Shown piece after piece: positions 53,801 through 63,053 of a DNA stretch of 64,000 bases. The DNA is from Narcine bancroftii (lineage: Eukaryota). The notes beneath the pieces are model-generated. The model had not been told where the DNA came from. It made no database searches and worked only from the letters and a program-made list of their open reading frames with translations. The position numbers and the translations under genes were made by a program. The stretch's first letter is position 1; every line of letters starts with the position of its first letter. The stretch spans positions 148,676,001-148,740,000 of the forward strand of contig NC_091476.1 in NCBI RefSeq assembly GCF_036971445.1. Reading direction: 5' to 3'.

Positions 53801-55310
53801 GTTCCTCTCCAAAGCATGTTAATATGTTGTAAGAGGACATTATCTACATAATGGCCAATTAACACCTCTGGGGAAGTTGATTGGATGTTAATAGCAGGAT
53901 ATTAACTGTGACAGCCACAGGTACTGTGGGAAATGTGGTTTGGCTCATGTCCCAATTAAATGCAAATTGCTTTTGTCAGTTGGAATTTAGAATGCTACCC
54001 TCAGGTACGCACTGTTTGAATTTTTTTTTTTTTTTTTTTACACACAGTTTATGATTTTCTGTGTATTATATGCATGTGCACATTATATGCATGAAAATAA
54101 GGTACTCATTCAACAAATTAAAACAATAAATTAAATACAACTCTATTCATTTATTTTGCATCCAAGCAAAACATTTTATGCTCATCAAATGACAAAGGTC
54201 TTAAATAATAAAGGTCTTAAAGTCTGCAGCAGAAGAACTAGGTCCTCATCAAAAGCTCATGGAGAGGGTCAAGAACTTCAAATTTCTGGGTGTCAACATC
54301 TCTGAGGATCTGTCCATGTCAATGCAATCAAGAAAAATGCTCGCCAGCGGCAAAATTTTGCGTGGAGTTTGAGGAGATTCGGGATATTGCCGAAGACTTC
54401 TACAGGTGGAGAGCTTTCTGGGTGGTTGCATCATTGTCTGGTATCGAGGTGCCAACTCTCAGAACAACAAAAAATTCCAGCAGGTTGTTAACTTGGCCTG
54501 TGACATAACAGGCACCAGTCTTCGCTACTTTGAGGACATCTACAAAAGGTGACGTCTTAAGAAAGCAGCCTCTATCCTTAAGGACACCCACCACCCAGCA
54601 AAGTCCTCTTCGCTTTCCTACTACTGGGGGAAAAAGTACAGGAGCATGAAGAACAGCTTCATTCTCTTTGCCTTTAGATTCCTGAATGAACAATGAACCA
54701 CAGGCACTGCCATACTTCGACTTTTTCTTGCATTATTTTATTTATTTATTTTGTAAGGAGGTTTATATAAATATACACACTGTGAGGAGAAGGACCGCAA
54801 GGAAGGGGGTGTGAGGAAGGAGGGGGCACCAGGGAGGGAGGGGGCACCAGGGAAGGGGGGGGGGCGAGGGAGGGGAGAGGGGGGAGGGAGGGGAGGGGGG
54901 GGGGGAGGGGGGGGAGGGAAGGGAGGGGGGGAGGGAAGGGAGGGGGGGAGGGAAGGGAGGGGGGGAGGGAAGGGAGGGGGGGGAGGGAAGGGAGGGGGGG
55001 AGGGAAGGGAGGGGGGGAGGGAAGGGAGGGGGGGGAGGGAGGGGAGGGGGGGGAGGGAGGGGAGGGGGGGGGAGGGAAGGGAGGGGGGGGGAGGGAGGTC
55101 GGGATTCCCATGCTTCCCCCCCCCCACCATTCCCCCAGCACCGTGTCTCCCCTCCCTCCCTCGGCACCATATCCCGCCCCTCCTCACGGTCCCGTATCCC
55201 GCGGCGCCACTCACCGTGTAAGAAGCGGCCAGGACGATGGTGCCAGTGCGGACATGGCAGCAGAGGCACTTGTGGCTGCCGTGGTACAAGCGGGACGCAA
55301 ACCGCCCCAT
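35180..55310 (-). CDS. LAPTM5: Lysosomal-associated transmembrane protein, LAPTM5 orthologue by position and motifs; 7 coding exons, 726 nt / 241 aa
   Basis: Exons 55215-55310, 51526-51634, 48422-48498, 46663-46794, 40935-41030, 36451-36549 and 35180-35296 join in frame with GT-AG sites. Family motifs are CLCCHVRTGTI, FLIPF...DF, LGVYVELPEY (cf. LAPTM5 LGSYIELPAY), IIYSFMFITVMVLK and LWNCYKFIK. Lies directly upstream of MATN1 on the same strand. Confidence 0.85.
36451..36549 (-). CDS. LAPTM5: LAPTM5 exon 6 (GFFINALWNCYKFIKELEQENSLVNTLLDLRSR)
   Basis: tctag acceptor; WNCYK family motif; donor CGG|GTTCGT is weak, so the 3' boundary is uncertain. Confidence 0.82.
37675..38935 (-). mobile_element. 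L1/Tx1-type LINE 3' remnant with nested SINE (related remnant ~63150-63500)
   Basis: HFFHYLQIRDFL, C-terminal CxxC..H motif region; approximate. Confidence 0.55.
38155..38390 (+). mobile_element. V-SINE copy (older copies at ~20025-20125, ~27915-28075, ~37235-37500, ~56860-57455)
   Basis: Same family. Confidence 0.75.
39523..39735. mobile_element. hAT-type MITE inserted in a decayed CR1
   Basis: TIRs CAGCCATTCTCA / TGAGAATGATTG; 8-bp near-TSD GTGTCGAG/GTGTAGAG; a related 5' end lies at 45544. Confidence 0.72.
40935..41030 (-). CDS. LAPTM5: LAPTM5 exon 5 (TM4: FFFPERDAIFGPGSSKTLIIYSFMFITVMVLK)
   Basis: 96-nt phase 0-0 exon, AAG|GTAAGA donor; acceptor gaag is less ideal, so the 5' boundary is less certain. 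Confidence 0.82.
41176..42052 (-). mobile_element. Solo LTR (877 bp) with 4-bp TSD CTAA, related to 12151-13165
   Basis: CTAA|TGTGA...TCACA|CTAA; shared blocks such as cccagcagcaataga..ttcac..agacaa and ggaaggttcttgt. Confidence 0.82.
42765..43150 (-). mobile_element. CR1 LINE 3' fragment
   Basis: RGDLIEVFKIMKG...FFTQRVV. Confidence 0.8.
43420..45140 (-). mobile_element. CR1 LINE fragment interrupted by a ~490-bp insertion
   Basis: WQMEFNPDKC...QLYKSLVRPHLEYCV; interrupted at ~43864-44358. Confidence 0.82.
46663..46794 (-). CDS. LAPTM5: LAPTM5 exon 4 (TM3: YYTHFLIPFIIYLVVDFIIYCIEVLGVYVELPEYVHANHYVQNV)
   Basis: tctag acceptor, GTG|GTAAGT donor, LAPTM LIPF..DF motif and LAPTM5-type ELPxY. 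Confidence 0.9.
48422..48498 (-). CDS. LAPTM5: LAPTM5 exon 3 (TM2: VDSFTSLIFDIFVTAICGLGTYAIIK)
   Basis: 77-nt phase 1-0 exon, tttcag acceptor, AAG|GTAAGG donor, hydrophobic. Confidence 0.85.
48655..49550 (-). mobile_element. Penelope-like element fragment (related remnants ~830-1330 and ~11490-13800)
   Basis: Shared blocks ctggagaaactcagcaggtca and gtgaatttgaggtcagggtg; boundaries approximate. Confidence 0.6.
49700..50520 (-). mobile_element. Rex1/Babar-type LINE RT fragment with internal ~53-bp tandem duplication
   Basis: VGLIINNDEPACREEV...WCKGNDLILNVDKTMEMIVNFRR; FYSSTIE. Confidence 0.75.
50935..51232. mobile_element. Small Tigger-like MITE remnant
   Basis: TA CAGTAGAAGTCTGAAAATCTG ... 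CCAGATTTTTGGACCCATACAG TA imperfect inverted ends. Confidence 0.45.
51526..51634 (-). CDS. LAPTM5: LAPTM5 exon 2 (VTWTVMAGFELVRLFRP...GSFHR)
   Basis: caacag|GTC acceptor, G|GTAGGT donor, open frame, phase 0-1 fits both neighbours. Confidence 0.75.
51854..54102 (-). mobile_element. Decayed pogo-family (POGK/Passer-like) DNA transposon in LAPTM5 intron 1
   Basis: TA|CCGTATTTTTATGCATATAATG ... CATTATATGCATGAAAATAAGG|TA imperfect TIRs; transposase remnants KSYTENFELKVV...WRK (HTH), GTKLKPMTIFKR, NKKGWMD, GGLTRKLQPL (DDE_1). Confidence 0.87.
54245..54745 (+). mobile_element. Rex1/Babar-type LINE 3' fragment
   Basis: ERVKNFKFLGVNISEDLS...GCIIVWY...KAASILKD. Confidence 0.7.
54810..55098 (+). repeat. 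Polypurine G-rich low-complexity repeat (GGGAGGGAAGGGAGGGG)n in LAPTM5 intron 1
   Basis: Directly visible. Confidence 0.93.
55215..55310 (-). CDS. LAPTM5: LAPTM5 exon 1 (MGRFASRLYHGSHKCLCCHVRTGTIVLAASYT)
   Basis: ATG in agcacgATGg context, LAPTM N-terminal motif, donor ACG|GTGAGT, CpG-rich. Confidence 0.9.
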
Positions 55311-55321
55311 CGTGCTCGCTG

Positions 55322-55570
55322 CTCTCCCTCCACTCTCCCTCCACTCTCCCTCCACTCTCCCTCCACTCTCCCTCCACTCTCCCTCCACTCTCCCCTCCAC
55401 TCTCCCTCCACTCTCCCTCCACTCTCCCTCCACTCTCCCTCCACTCTCCCTCCACTCTCCCTCCACTCTCCTCCACTCTCCCTCCACTCTCCCTCCACTC
55501 TCCCTCCACTCTCCCTCCACTCTCCCTCCACTCTCCCTCCACTCTCCCTCCACTCTCCCTCCACTCTCCC
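55322..55570 (+). repeat. 11-mer minisatellite (CTCTCCCTCCA)n immediately upstream of the LAPTM5 ATG
   Basis: About 22 tandem copies. Confidence 0.95.
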
Positions 55571-56159
55571 TGTCCGTCCCACCCACCACCCGACCTGTCC
55601 CCGTGGGGAAACGACCACTTCAGCCGGTTTCAGGTCGGTTAAACGGCCCGAAATGGAATCTCCAGCATCGCTACGTGACACAACAACGACCCACCCCTTC
55701 CCTCCGTCCCCGTGTCGTGAGACGACATTTAAAGATTCGTTTAAACGTTTCTTAAAAGGTTATTCTTCATAAATTAATATATATCATCTGTTTCTGCTCG
55801 GGATGTCACTGTCAATCAAACTTCCAGTGCGTTAATAGTCCCCGCTCCGGTCCCGGGACGGGGGACGACGTGGATGTGCAAAGAAACACCCACTTCCCCC
55901 CCTCCCGTCCGACCAAAAATAATTTGAGCCACAAACTTGTGCCCAATGAGTGCAGTAATGGTTGGACCAACGATTCAGAATTATGCCATTCGAGATAGAT
56001 AATAACTTATAAAGCTATTCCAAAAATGAAGCTCAACTTTGTGTGGCAGTCTTTCAAAAAGGGGCGAGGATATCTTGCTGACACTTGACATCCATGATCC
56101 CACAAAATATTAAATGAATTGATAGACTTGCAATGTAATTTATGGTTTGTTTCGTTGTT

Positions 56160-56632
56160 TGAAGGAATTGTTCACCAGGCTGAGACCTGGAATGGCAGGA
56201 ATGACTTATGAGGAAAGATTGCGCAAATTGGGATTGTACTCGCTGGAGTTGAGAAGATTGAGAGGGGATCTCATAGAGACCTATAAAATTCTGGCAGGAC
56301 TGGACAGAATGGAGGCAGATGGGATGTTTCCAAGGATGGAAAAATCCAGAACCCGGGGCCATGGTTTGAGGATAATAGGCAAACCATTTAGGACCGAGAT
56401 GAGGAGGAATTTCTTGACCCAGAGGGTCACAGAGGGCAGTAGAGGCAGGTTCATTAAATCTATTTAAGAGGGAATTAGATCTATTTCTTCAGTATAAGGG
56501 TATTAAAGGTTACGGAGAGAAGGCGGGGACGGGGTACTGAACTTTAAGATCAGCCATGATCTCGTTGAATGGCGGAGCAGGCTCGAAGGGTCGAATGACC
56601 TACTCCTGCTCCTATCTTCTATGTTTCTATGA
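56160..56632 (+). mobile_element. Young CR1 LINE 3' fragment (a further 3' end at ~57545-57700)
   Basis: YEERLRKLGLYSLELRRLRGDLIETYKIL; TTCTATGT tail. Confidence 0.88.
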
Positions 56633-56963
56633 ATTGGCACCTGGACAAGAATACCATTTGCGTTGGTACTCACTATTCCTTTATTTAGCATGAAAAAACA
56701 TACATTGTCCCTCAGCAACACCAGCAATAGCACAGCAGTGGTCGGCCCCATCAGCACCAATGACGAGTCACCCTACAGAGAAGAGGTGGAAAATCTTGGG
56801 ATGCAGTGTGAGCGTTACAACATGAGAATCAATGTGGACAAGAGGAGATGATAGTGGACAGTGGGAGGAAACTGAAGCACCCAGAGGAAACCCACTCAGA
56901 CATGGGGAGAACGTATAAACTCCTTACAGACAGCACCAGACTCAAACTCTAGTCGCTGGCACT

Positions 56964-57414
56964 AGGCTTTATCACACCGCTGGCAAAGCCTGGACCCGAG
57001 TGAAATTCCCAGGAAGGCAGGATCTCCCAAGTCTTTCACACCGCAGTTCAAATTCCATGTAATTTGCCCTCCCTGACAATATGCGGGCGGGGGGGGGTGG
57101 GGGGGGGAGCCACCCCCAGCAATGACGTAGTGAGTAATGCATTACGCACTCACAGGAAGTCCTACTGGAAGTCAGATTGCACAGTATTAGCGGACAAGAT
57201 TGACTTATCAACAGTGGACAATGATGCAAGTGGTGACACAGCACACAAGCACTGACGTCATGACGCTTCCCCTGCTGGGCCTTTTGCCAATTTAGACTGC
57301 AAGGAAATGACCCAGGTCCACAGCCCTACTTCCCGGGCTGACATTTTCACACCGCCAGTTCACAGGAGGAAAATTTCACGGAATTCCCATTTTACGTGGT
57401 GGTGTAAAAAGCCT
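56964..57414. mobile_element. MITE with 3-bp TSD (PIF/Harbinger-like) inserted in a V-SINE
   Basis: ACT|AGGCTTTATCACACC ... GGTGTAAAAAGCCT|ACT; the flanks rejoin as a SINE head. Confidence 0.62.
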
Positions 57415-58312
57415 ACTGCATCAGCAGTAACCGCTATGTTAACTGTACTGCCCTCAACTTTTATGAAAACAGGTAATTTGATGGTAATTTGATGGTATTG
57501 TATTGCAAAAGGAATCCAAGTTCAAAATAAAAGATGGTATGATCCATAGAGGAATTAGGGGATATGGGGAGAAGGCAGGTAGGTGGAGTTAGGTCATAAA
57601 TTAGATCAGCCATGATCTTATTGAATGGCGGAGCAGGCTCGATGGGCCATTTTTGGCCTACTCCTGTTCCTACTTCCTACGTTTCCTACGACTTCTATGA
57701 AAAATGTAATTTGATTTCAGAACATTTTGTGGCTTTGACCTTAGAGTATCTATTACTGAGTAGCTGTTGGAATCAGAGTGGAGGGTAAAGTTGTCCAGTC
57801 CAAGATTTCTGTGTGTTCTTAATGGTACTTTTGAAAGAGAGGTTATGTAGCAACTAAATATTTTTGACATGCTGATTTTATGTACACCCTTGGAGAGCAT
57901 AATATTACAAGGCAAGGCTGGAAGGAAACCAAAGCATTTGTCGAGGCTATCTGGGTAAGAAACACAAAATAAAGAAACTATGTTTTTGTCCAAAACTAAG
58001 TGGTTAGCATATCCTTGCACCTTTATTATTCATGTGAAATAATCCTAAAATTAATACTATTTGTTGGTAGAAAAATAACATTTCAAAATACATTTGTGGT
58101 GTCAAATATTGAATGAATGTGTAGGTAACAAATTGCATTCGCACACTTTTAGCAAGTTTGTAAAATGATGGTTAATGAAACCAGCTATATGTCTTCAACA
58201 ATCACAGGTCGGTTTCAGAATAAAGTTAAAGATACCAATGGATTGCAAGATGCAATAAATTATTTATCCACAAATGCAGTGATTACTTTCCCCCTATGAA
58301 TTAAATCATACC

Positions 58313-58486
58313 TGTCACATTTGTGGCCCGAAATGTGAAGTTAATAAAACATTAAACACAAGTTTATCAGGTAAACTTCTCCGTTGTCTTTATTTTCCAG
58401 TTTCCCTTTGTTCTCTTGCTTGTGCTCTTATCTCTCTCATACCATGTGACTTCCGGTACATATCATACATATTCATTATCATGACA
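58313..58486 (-). repeat. 3' LTR of the Gypsy element
   Basis: Adjacent to the polypurine tract. Confidence 0.96.
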
Positions 58487-58663
58487 TCCCTCCTTTAATC
58501 AGAAATAAACTTTACCTTCACTTACCAATATCCCTCGGAAACATACAAACTTCGTAACTAATGGTAATACTATAACTCAACTACATAAAATTTACTTCCT
58601 ACAGCATTCATACATGCACTTTATGATATAAGATTAAAATACTGTCCAAAGTTCTTATTAAAA

Positions 58664-61600
58664 TTATGGCACAAAGTCTTCGTATCGTTTGGGTGGTTTC
58701 CGGTTTCGTTTCGGCCTGCCTGCGATATTGTCGTCGTTTCTCGGTTGTTCACTCTCCGCGTCGGAAATACTGCTCACCACGGCTTCTGGTGTTTCTGGCG
58801 CTCTAGTCACTTCATCAGGAGTGCTGGTAACTGCCTCTGGAACATCATCAGGTCTCTCAGTTTCAGCATCTCGTATTGGCCTTTCAACCTCTTCACTCGA
58901 TGTATCTCTGGACTGGTACCTTTTTACACCTGAGACATTTCTCTTATACAGGACTCCAGTCGGAGACTTGACTGTCACCATACTGCCACTTCTGCATACG
59001 ACAGTATAGGGTTGATGGTAATAAGGTGTGTCTAGCTTACCACCAGTTTCATGCCTCACTAGAACATTATCTCCTGGCATGATGTCTGAGTACTTGGCTC
59101 CACTTTTCGAATCTGTGTACTGCTTTGCTGCACCTTTCTTTTCAGCATCGTGGTCCCTCATCTCCTGGTCGTCTCGGATTTCCTTTATTTCTGGCATTTT
59201 TGTGCGGATTTTTCTCCCAAAAAATGCTTCTGCAGGACTTTTTCCAGTGGTTGCATGAGGTGTTGCTCGATAGACAGCCACATAAGATAGCAATGCTTCT
59301 CGCCAATTTTGTCCTTCTGCGTGTGCAATCCTCAATCGTTTTTCAATGGACTGATTTTGTCTCTCTACTTCTCCGTTGGCTTGCGGCCATTTCGGAGTTA
59401 CTTTATGATGGTGGATACCTGTGGTCCTCATGTAATCCGTAAATGTCTCTGAAATGAATTGTGGACCATTGTCAGAGTATAATGTAACAGGTAATCCATA
59501 TCTTGTGAATATCTCTGCTAATGCTTGTATTGTTTTTTCAGTGGTTGTGGACTTCAACACCACGTACTCATAGTATCTGCTGTAGTAATCTATCACTACC
59601 ATAATTGATTCACCCGTCGGTAAAGGTCCAAGAAAATCAACAGCTACGTCGATCCATGGTCCTGTCGGAAGTTGCGTACTCCGGATCGGTTCTGGCGGAT
59701 TACTCCTACTTGTGATTTGACATCCGTGACAAGTTTTAACAAATTTCTCTGCGTCTTTATCACAACCTGGCCATCATACCTTGGTCCTGAGGTTTTGCTT
59801 GGTACCAACAATACCTAGGTGTCCTTCATGTGCTAAGGATACGATCTTCGGTCTCAATCTTTGCGGTATCACCAATCTGCAACCTCTTAATACACACTGT
59901 CCGATGCAACAAAGTTTGTCTCTAATGGGAATGTAAGCCTTGTGAGTACACTTGTCCCATTGTCCACTCTGTATGCATTGTCTTACTTCCATGAATTCTG
60001 GATCACGTTCGGATTCTCTCTCGACTTCCTTCGTAGTCACAGCTTTCGGTGTCGACTGAATAGCTACAAAGCGTACAAAGCTCTCTGTTTCTGTTCCCAA
60101 TTCTGACTTGGATTGTGGACATCCATCCTTCACCAATCTGGACAGCGGATCAGCAATGTTTGCTTTCCTGCAATGTGGATTACTTTATATTTGTAGGGTT
60201 GTAGTCTGAGTACCCATCTCTCTATTCTGGCACATGGTTTGGATCTAGGTGCATAGATCACCTCTAATGGCTTATGATCTGTGATGAGTTCAAATTCAAT
60301 GCCGTATAAATATGCATGGAACCTCTCACAGGCCCATACAAGTCCGAGTGCTTCTTTCTCTGTCTGAGAGTATCTTCTCTCCACATCTGATAACGATCTG
60401 CTGGCATAGGCAATGATTCTTGGTCCTCCATCATGCATCTGGACCAACACTGCTCCTAAACCAACCGGGCTGGCATCCGCTATGACTTTGGTTGATGCCG
60501 CCGGATCATAATATCCAAGAGTTTTTGCATCTGTCAGGCTTTGCTTCAGCGCTGTGAACGCTTTCTTCTGCTCAGATCCAAAATGAAATGGTACACCTTT
60601 CCTGGTTAGTTTCCTTAGTGATTCTGCCACTGTAGCGAAATTAGGAATGAACTTTGCACAAAAATTGACCAATCCCAGGAAACTCCTCACCTCTGTTGCG
60701 TTCTGAGGTGCACGTGCCTCTGCAATAGCTTTCACCTTGGCCTCTGCAGGGTTTAGTCCTTTCTGTGTAAGTCTGTGTCCCATGAAGTCCATTTCTGACA
60801 CACCGAACTGGCACTTGTTTCCATTCACGGTAAGGCCTGCCTCCTGTAGTCTAGATAGTACACACCTCAACCGTTTATCATGCTCTACCTTCGTTGGTGC
60901 ATGGACTATGATGTCGTCAGAAATGTTGGCAACTCCAGGAATGCCTTGAATCACTCGATGAATTTCATACTGGTAGATCTCCGAAGCTGCATTAATTCCA
61001 AATGATAGTCTCTTGTAACGATACAATCCACAGTGAGTCACAAATGTAGTTACATCTCGGGAACCTGGATCCAGCTCTAATTGATGATAGCCCCATTTTT
61101 GAGAATACCTTGCTGGTAGTTAGTTCTTGAAGTATTTCCTCCACTGTTGGTATAGGGTGTCGTTCTCTAATTATAGCTTCATTGGCCATTCTCATGTCAA
61201 CACATAGTCTTATGTCACCCTTTGGTTTGGGCACAATCACTACGGGACTGACCCATTGTGTCGAATGTTCCACAGGTTCTATAATGTCTTGTTCAATCAA
61301 TTCTTTAATTTTGGCTTCGACTTTCCCAAGAAGTCCAAATGGAGTTCGGCGCATTGGTTGTGCCTTGGGTTTGACCGTTTCATCTACCGCTAGCTTCAAT
61401 TGTCGACCTTTCAGCTTTCCTACTCCTTGGAAGACTGCGGGGAATTCTTGCTTCATATCCTCATATGACTGAATTGAATTGACACAAGCTCCAATATGAA
61501 GTATTGCCAGGTCTTGCGCTGTGCTTCTACTCAGCAATGGTTCTCCCCTCTCTTCTATGACCATAAACTCTGCTTCGGTGTACTTATCTCCAGCTTCAAC

Positions 61601-62770
61601 AGTTGCAGTAAAACATCCAATGGTCTGCAATGGCTTGATTGCTGTGTATGGATACAGTTTCCTGGAACACTTCTTTGAGGTACAGATGATCTTTTTCCTT
61701 TTCAACTTCTCCCATAAATGTCGATCAATCACATTACTGTCACTGCCTGAGTCTACAATGACCTGAATTGTCACTCCACCAATGATCACTGGGACCTTCT
61801 CATGATGTACTTCATTCAACATAAATTGGTAACAACTCTGTTCCTCCTGGGTATCATCATCGTCACCGTCTATCTGGCGAATGGTATCTTTCTTTCCAGG
61901 ATACTTTCCTTTCCCCCAGGCTTTGCCTTTGGAAGTTGTACTCTTCCTCTTCTGGTCTGCATTGGACTTGCTTTTGCACTTCTTTGAAAAGTGGTCCTTA
62001 CCTCCACACTTTCTGCAAACTTTGCCTTTGGCCGGGCATTATGGGTCTTTTCCAAAGTGACCTCGGTTTCCACATCGATAACACTCCACGTCCTGTGTCA
62101 ACATATATCTTGGCTGATTATGGCGATGTGAGAGCCTCTTAATTTGCTGGCTTGAGTTGTCTTTCAGGGTCATGGTATGAAATTGCCCTTCAACAGCCTC
62201 TAATGCAGCAGCAATGGCTAAAGCATTGGTGAGTTCCAACTCACTCCCTCTTTCCAGTAGACGTCTTCTGAGTTTATCTGATCTGCAGTGCTGTACGACT
62301 TGATCCAATAATTGGTTGTCCAAATCAGCTGGCATGTAATTGCATCCAACAGCTAGCTGGCGTAGTTTTGTCACGTACTGAGCAATTGTCTGGCCATCTT
62401 CTTGTCTCGTTCTCCGAAACAAATGGCGTTGAAATGTAGCATTCGGTGTCACTACATAGTGTGCATTTAATGCATCTACCGCTTTCCGGTACTCATCCTT
62501 TCTTCCAGTGTTCAAAAGTGTCTTAAATGTTTCCCGAACTGCGGGTCCCGCAGTGAAAAGAAGTAACGCCCTTCTCTGCGCTTTTTGTTCAACTGTACCG
62601 GTATCTAGAAATAGGCCACGACTGTCGGCGTAGGATTCAAATTCTTCCAGCCATGCCTTCCACTTCACACTTACAGTACTTGCATCACCCGTTGGGTCAA
62701 AATGAGCAATTCCACTATGTGTTAGAAAGTCACCATCTGCCCCAGCCATGAGGAAATATTCCAGCCCCAA
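58664..62770 (-). pseudogene. Disrupted gag-pol polyprotein of the Gypsy element
   Basis: Stop at 62039-62041 between the zinc knuckles; frameshifting deletion near 61100 (FSK..KWGYHQ, first RT Asp motif lost); frameshift near 60160; stop at 59774. Confidence 0.92.
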
Positions 62771-62864
62771 AAGTACTGAGACACAGAGAAAATTCTTATC
62801 ACCTTGAAGTTGTCTGTAATCCTCTGTAATCTTGTTTAGTCTTTAATTTTCTTCAAGCTTCTTT

Positions 62865-62878
62865 CATCCTCGTCGCCA
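62865..62878 (-). other. Primer-binding site complementary to the tRNA-Ser(GCU) 3' end
   Basis: CATCCTCGTCGCCA on + equals the 3' end of vertebrate tRNA-Ser(GCU). Confidence 0.85.
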
Positions 62879-62879
62879 A

Positions 62880-63053
62880 TGTCACATTTGTGGCCCGAAA
62901 TGTGAAGTTAATAAAACATTAAACACAAGTTTATCAGGTAAACTTCTCCGTTGTCTTTATTTTCCAGTTTCTTTTTGTTCTCTTGCTTGTGCTCTTATCT
63001 CTCTCATACCACGTGACTTCCGGTACATCTCATACATATTCATTCTCATGACA
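62880..63053 (-). repeat. 5' LTR of the Gypsy element
   Basis: Adjacent to the PBS; 169/174 identical to the other LTR by manual comparison. Confidence 0.96.

Larger units (their letters stand above)
55100..55880 (-). promoter_or_regulatory. CpG-rich promoter/first-exon region of LAPTM5
   Basis: Local CpG enrichment around exon 1 against a CpG-depleted background. Confidence 0.55.
58313..63053 (-). mobile_element. Full-length Ty3/Gypsy LTR retrotransposon (Mag-like), 4741 bp, coding-defective
   Basis: 174-bp LTRs at 58313-58486 and 62880-63053 (TGTCA...TGACA); 5-bp TSD ATACC; PBS TGGCGACGAGGATG; PPT AAAGGAGGGA; gag with two CCHC knuckles; PR (VDSGS), RT (ISDD), RNase H (DASPVGLGAVL), integrase (HEGHLG, SDNGPQF, NGEVER) in Gypsy order. 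Confidence 0.97.

Noticed and set aside
54738-55772. Several long Pro/Gly-rich ORFs (extensin/formin-like)
   Set aside because: Products of low-complexity repeats; only the 32-codon LAPTM exon 1 within them is real.
58664-59602. 312-aa ORF as a domesticated integrase gene
   Set aside because: It lies between matching LTRs with a TSD and is simply the intact tail of a disrupted pol.
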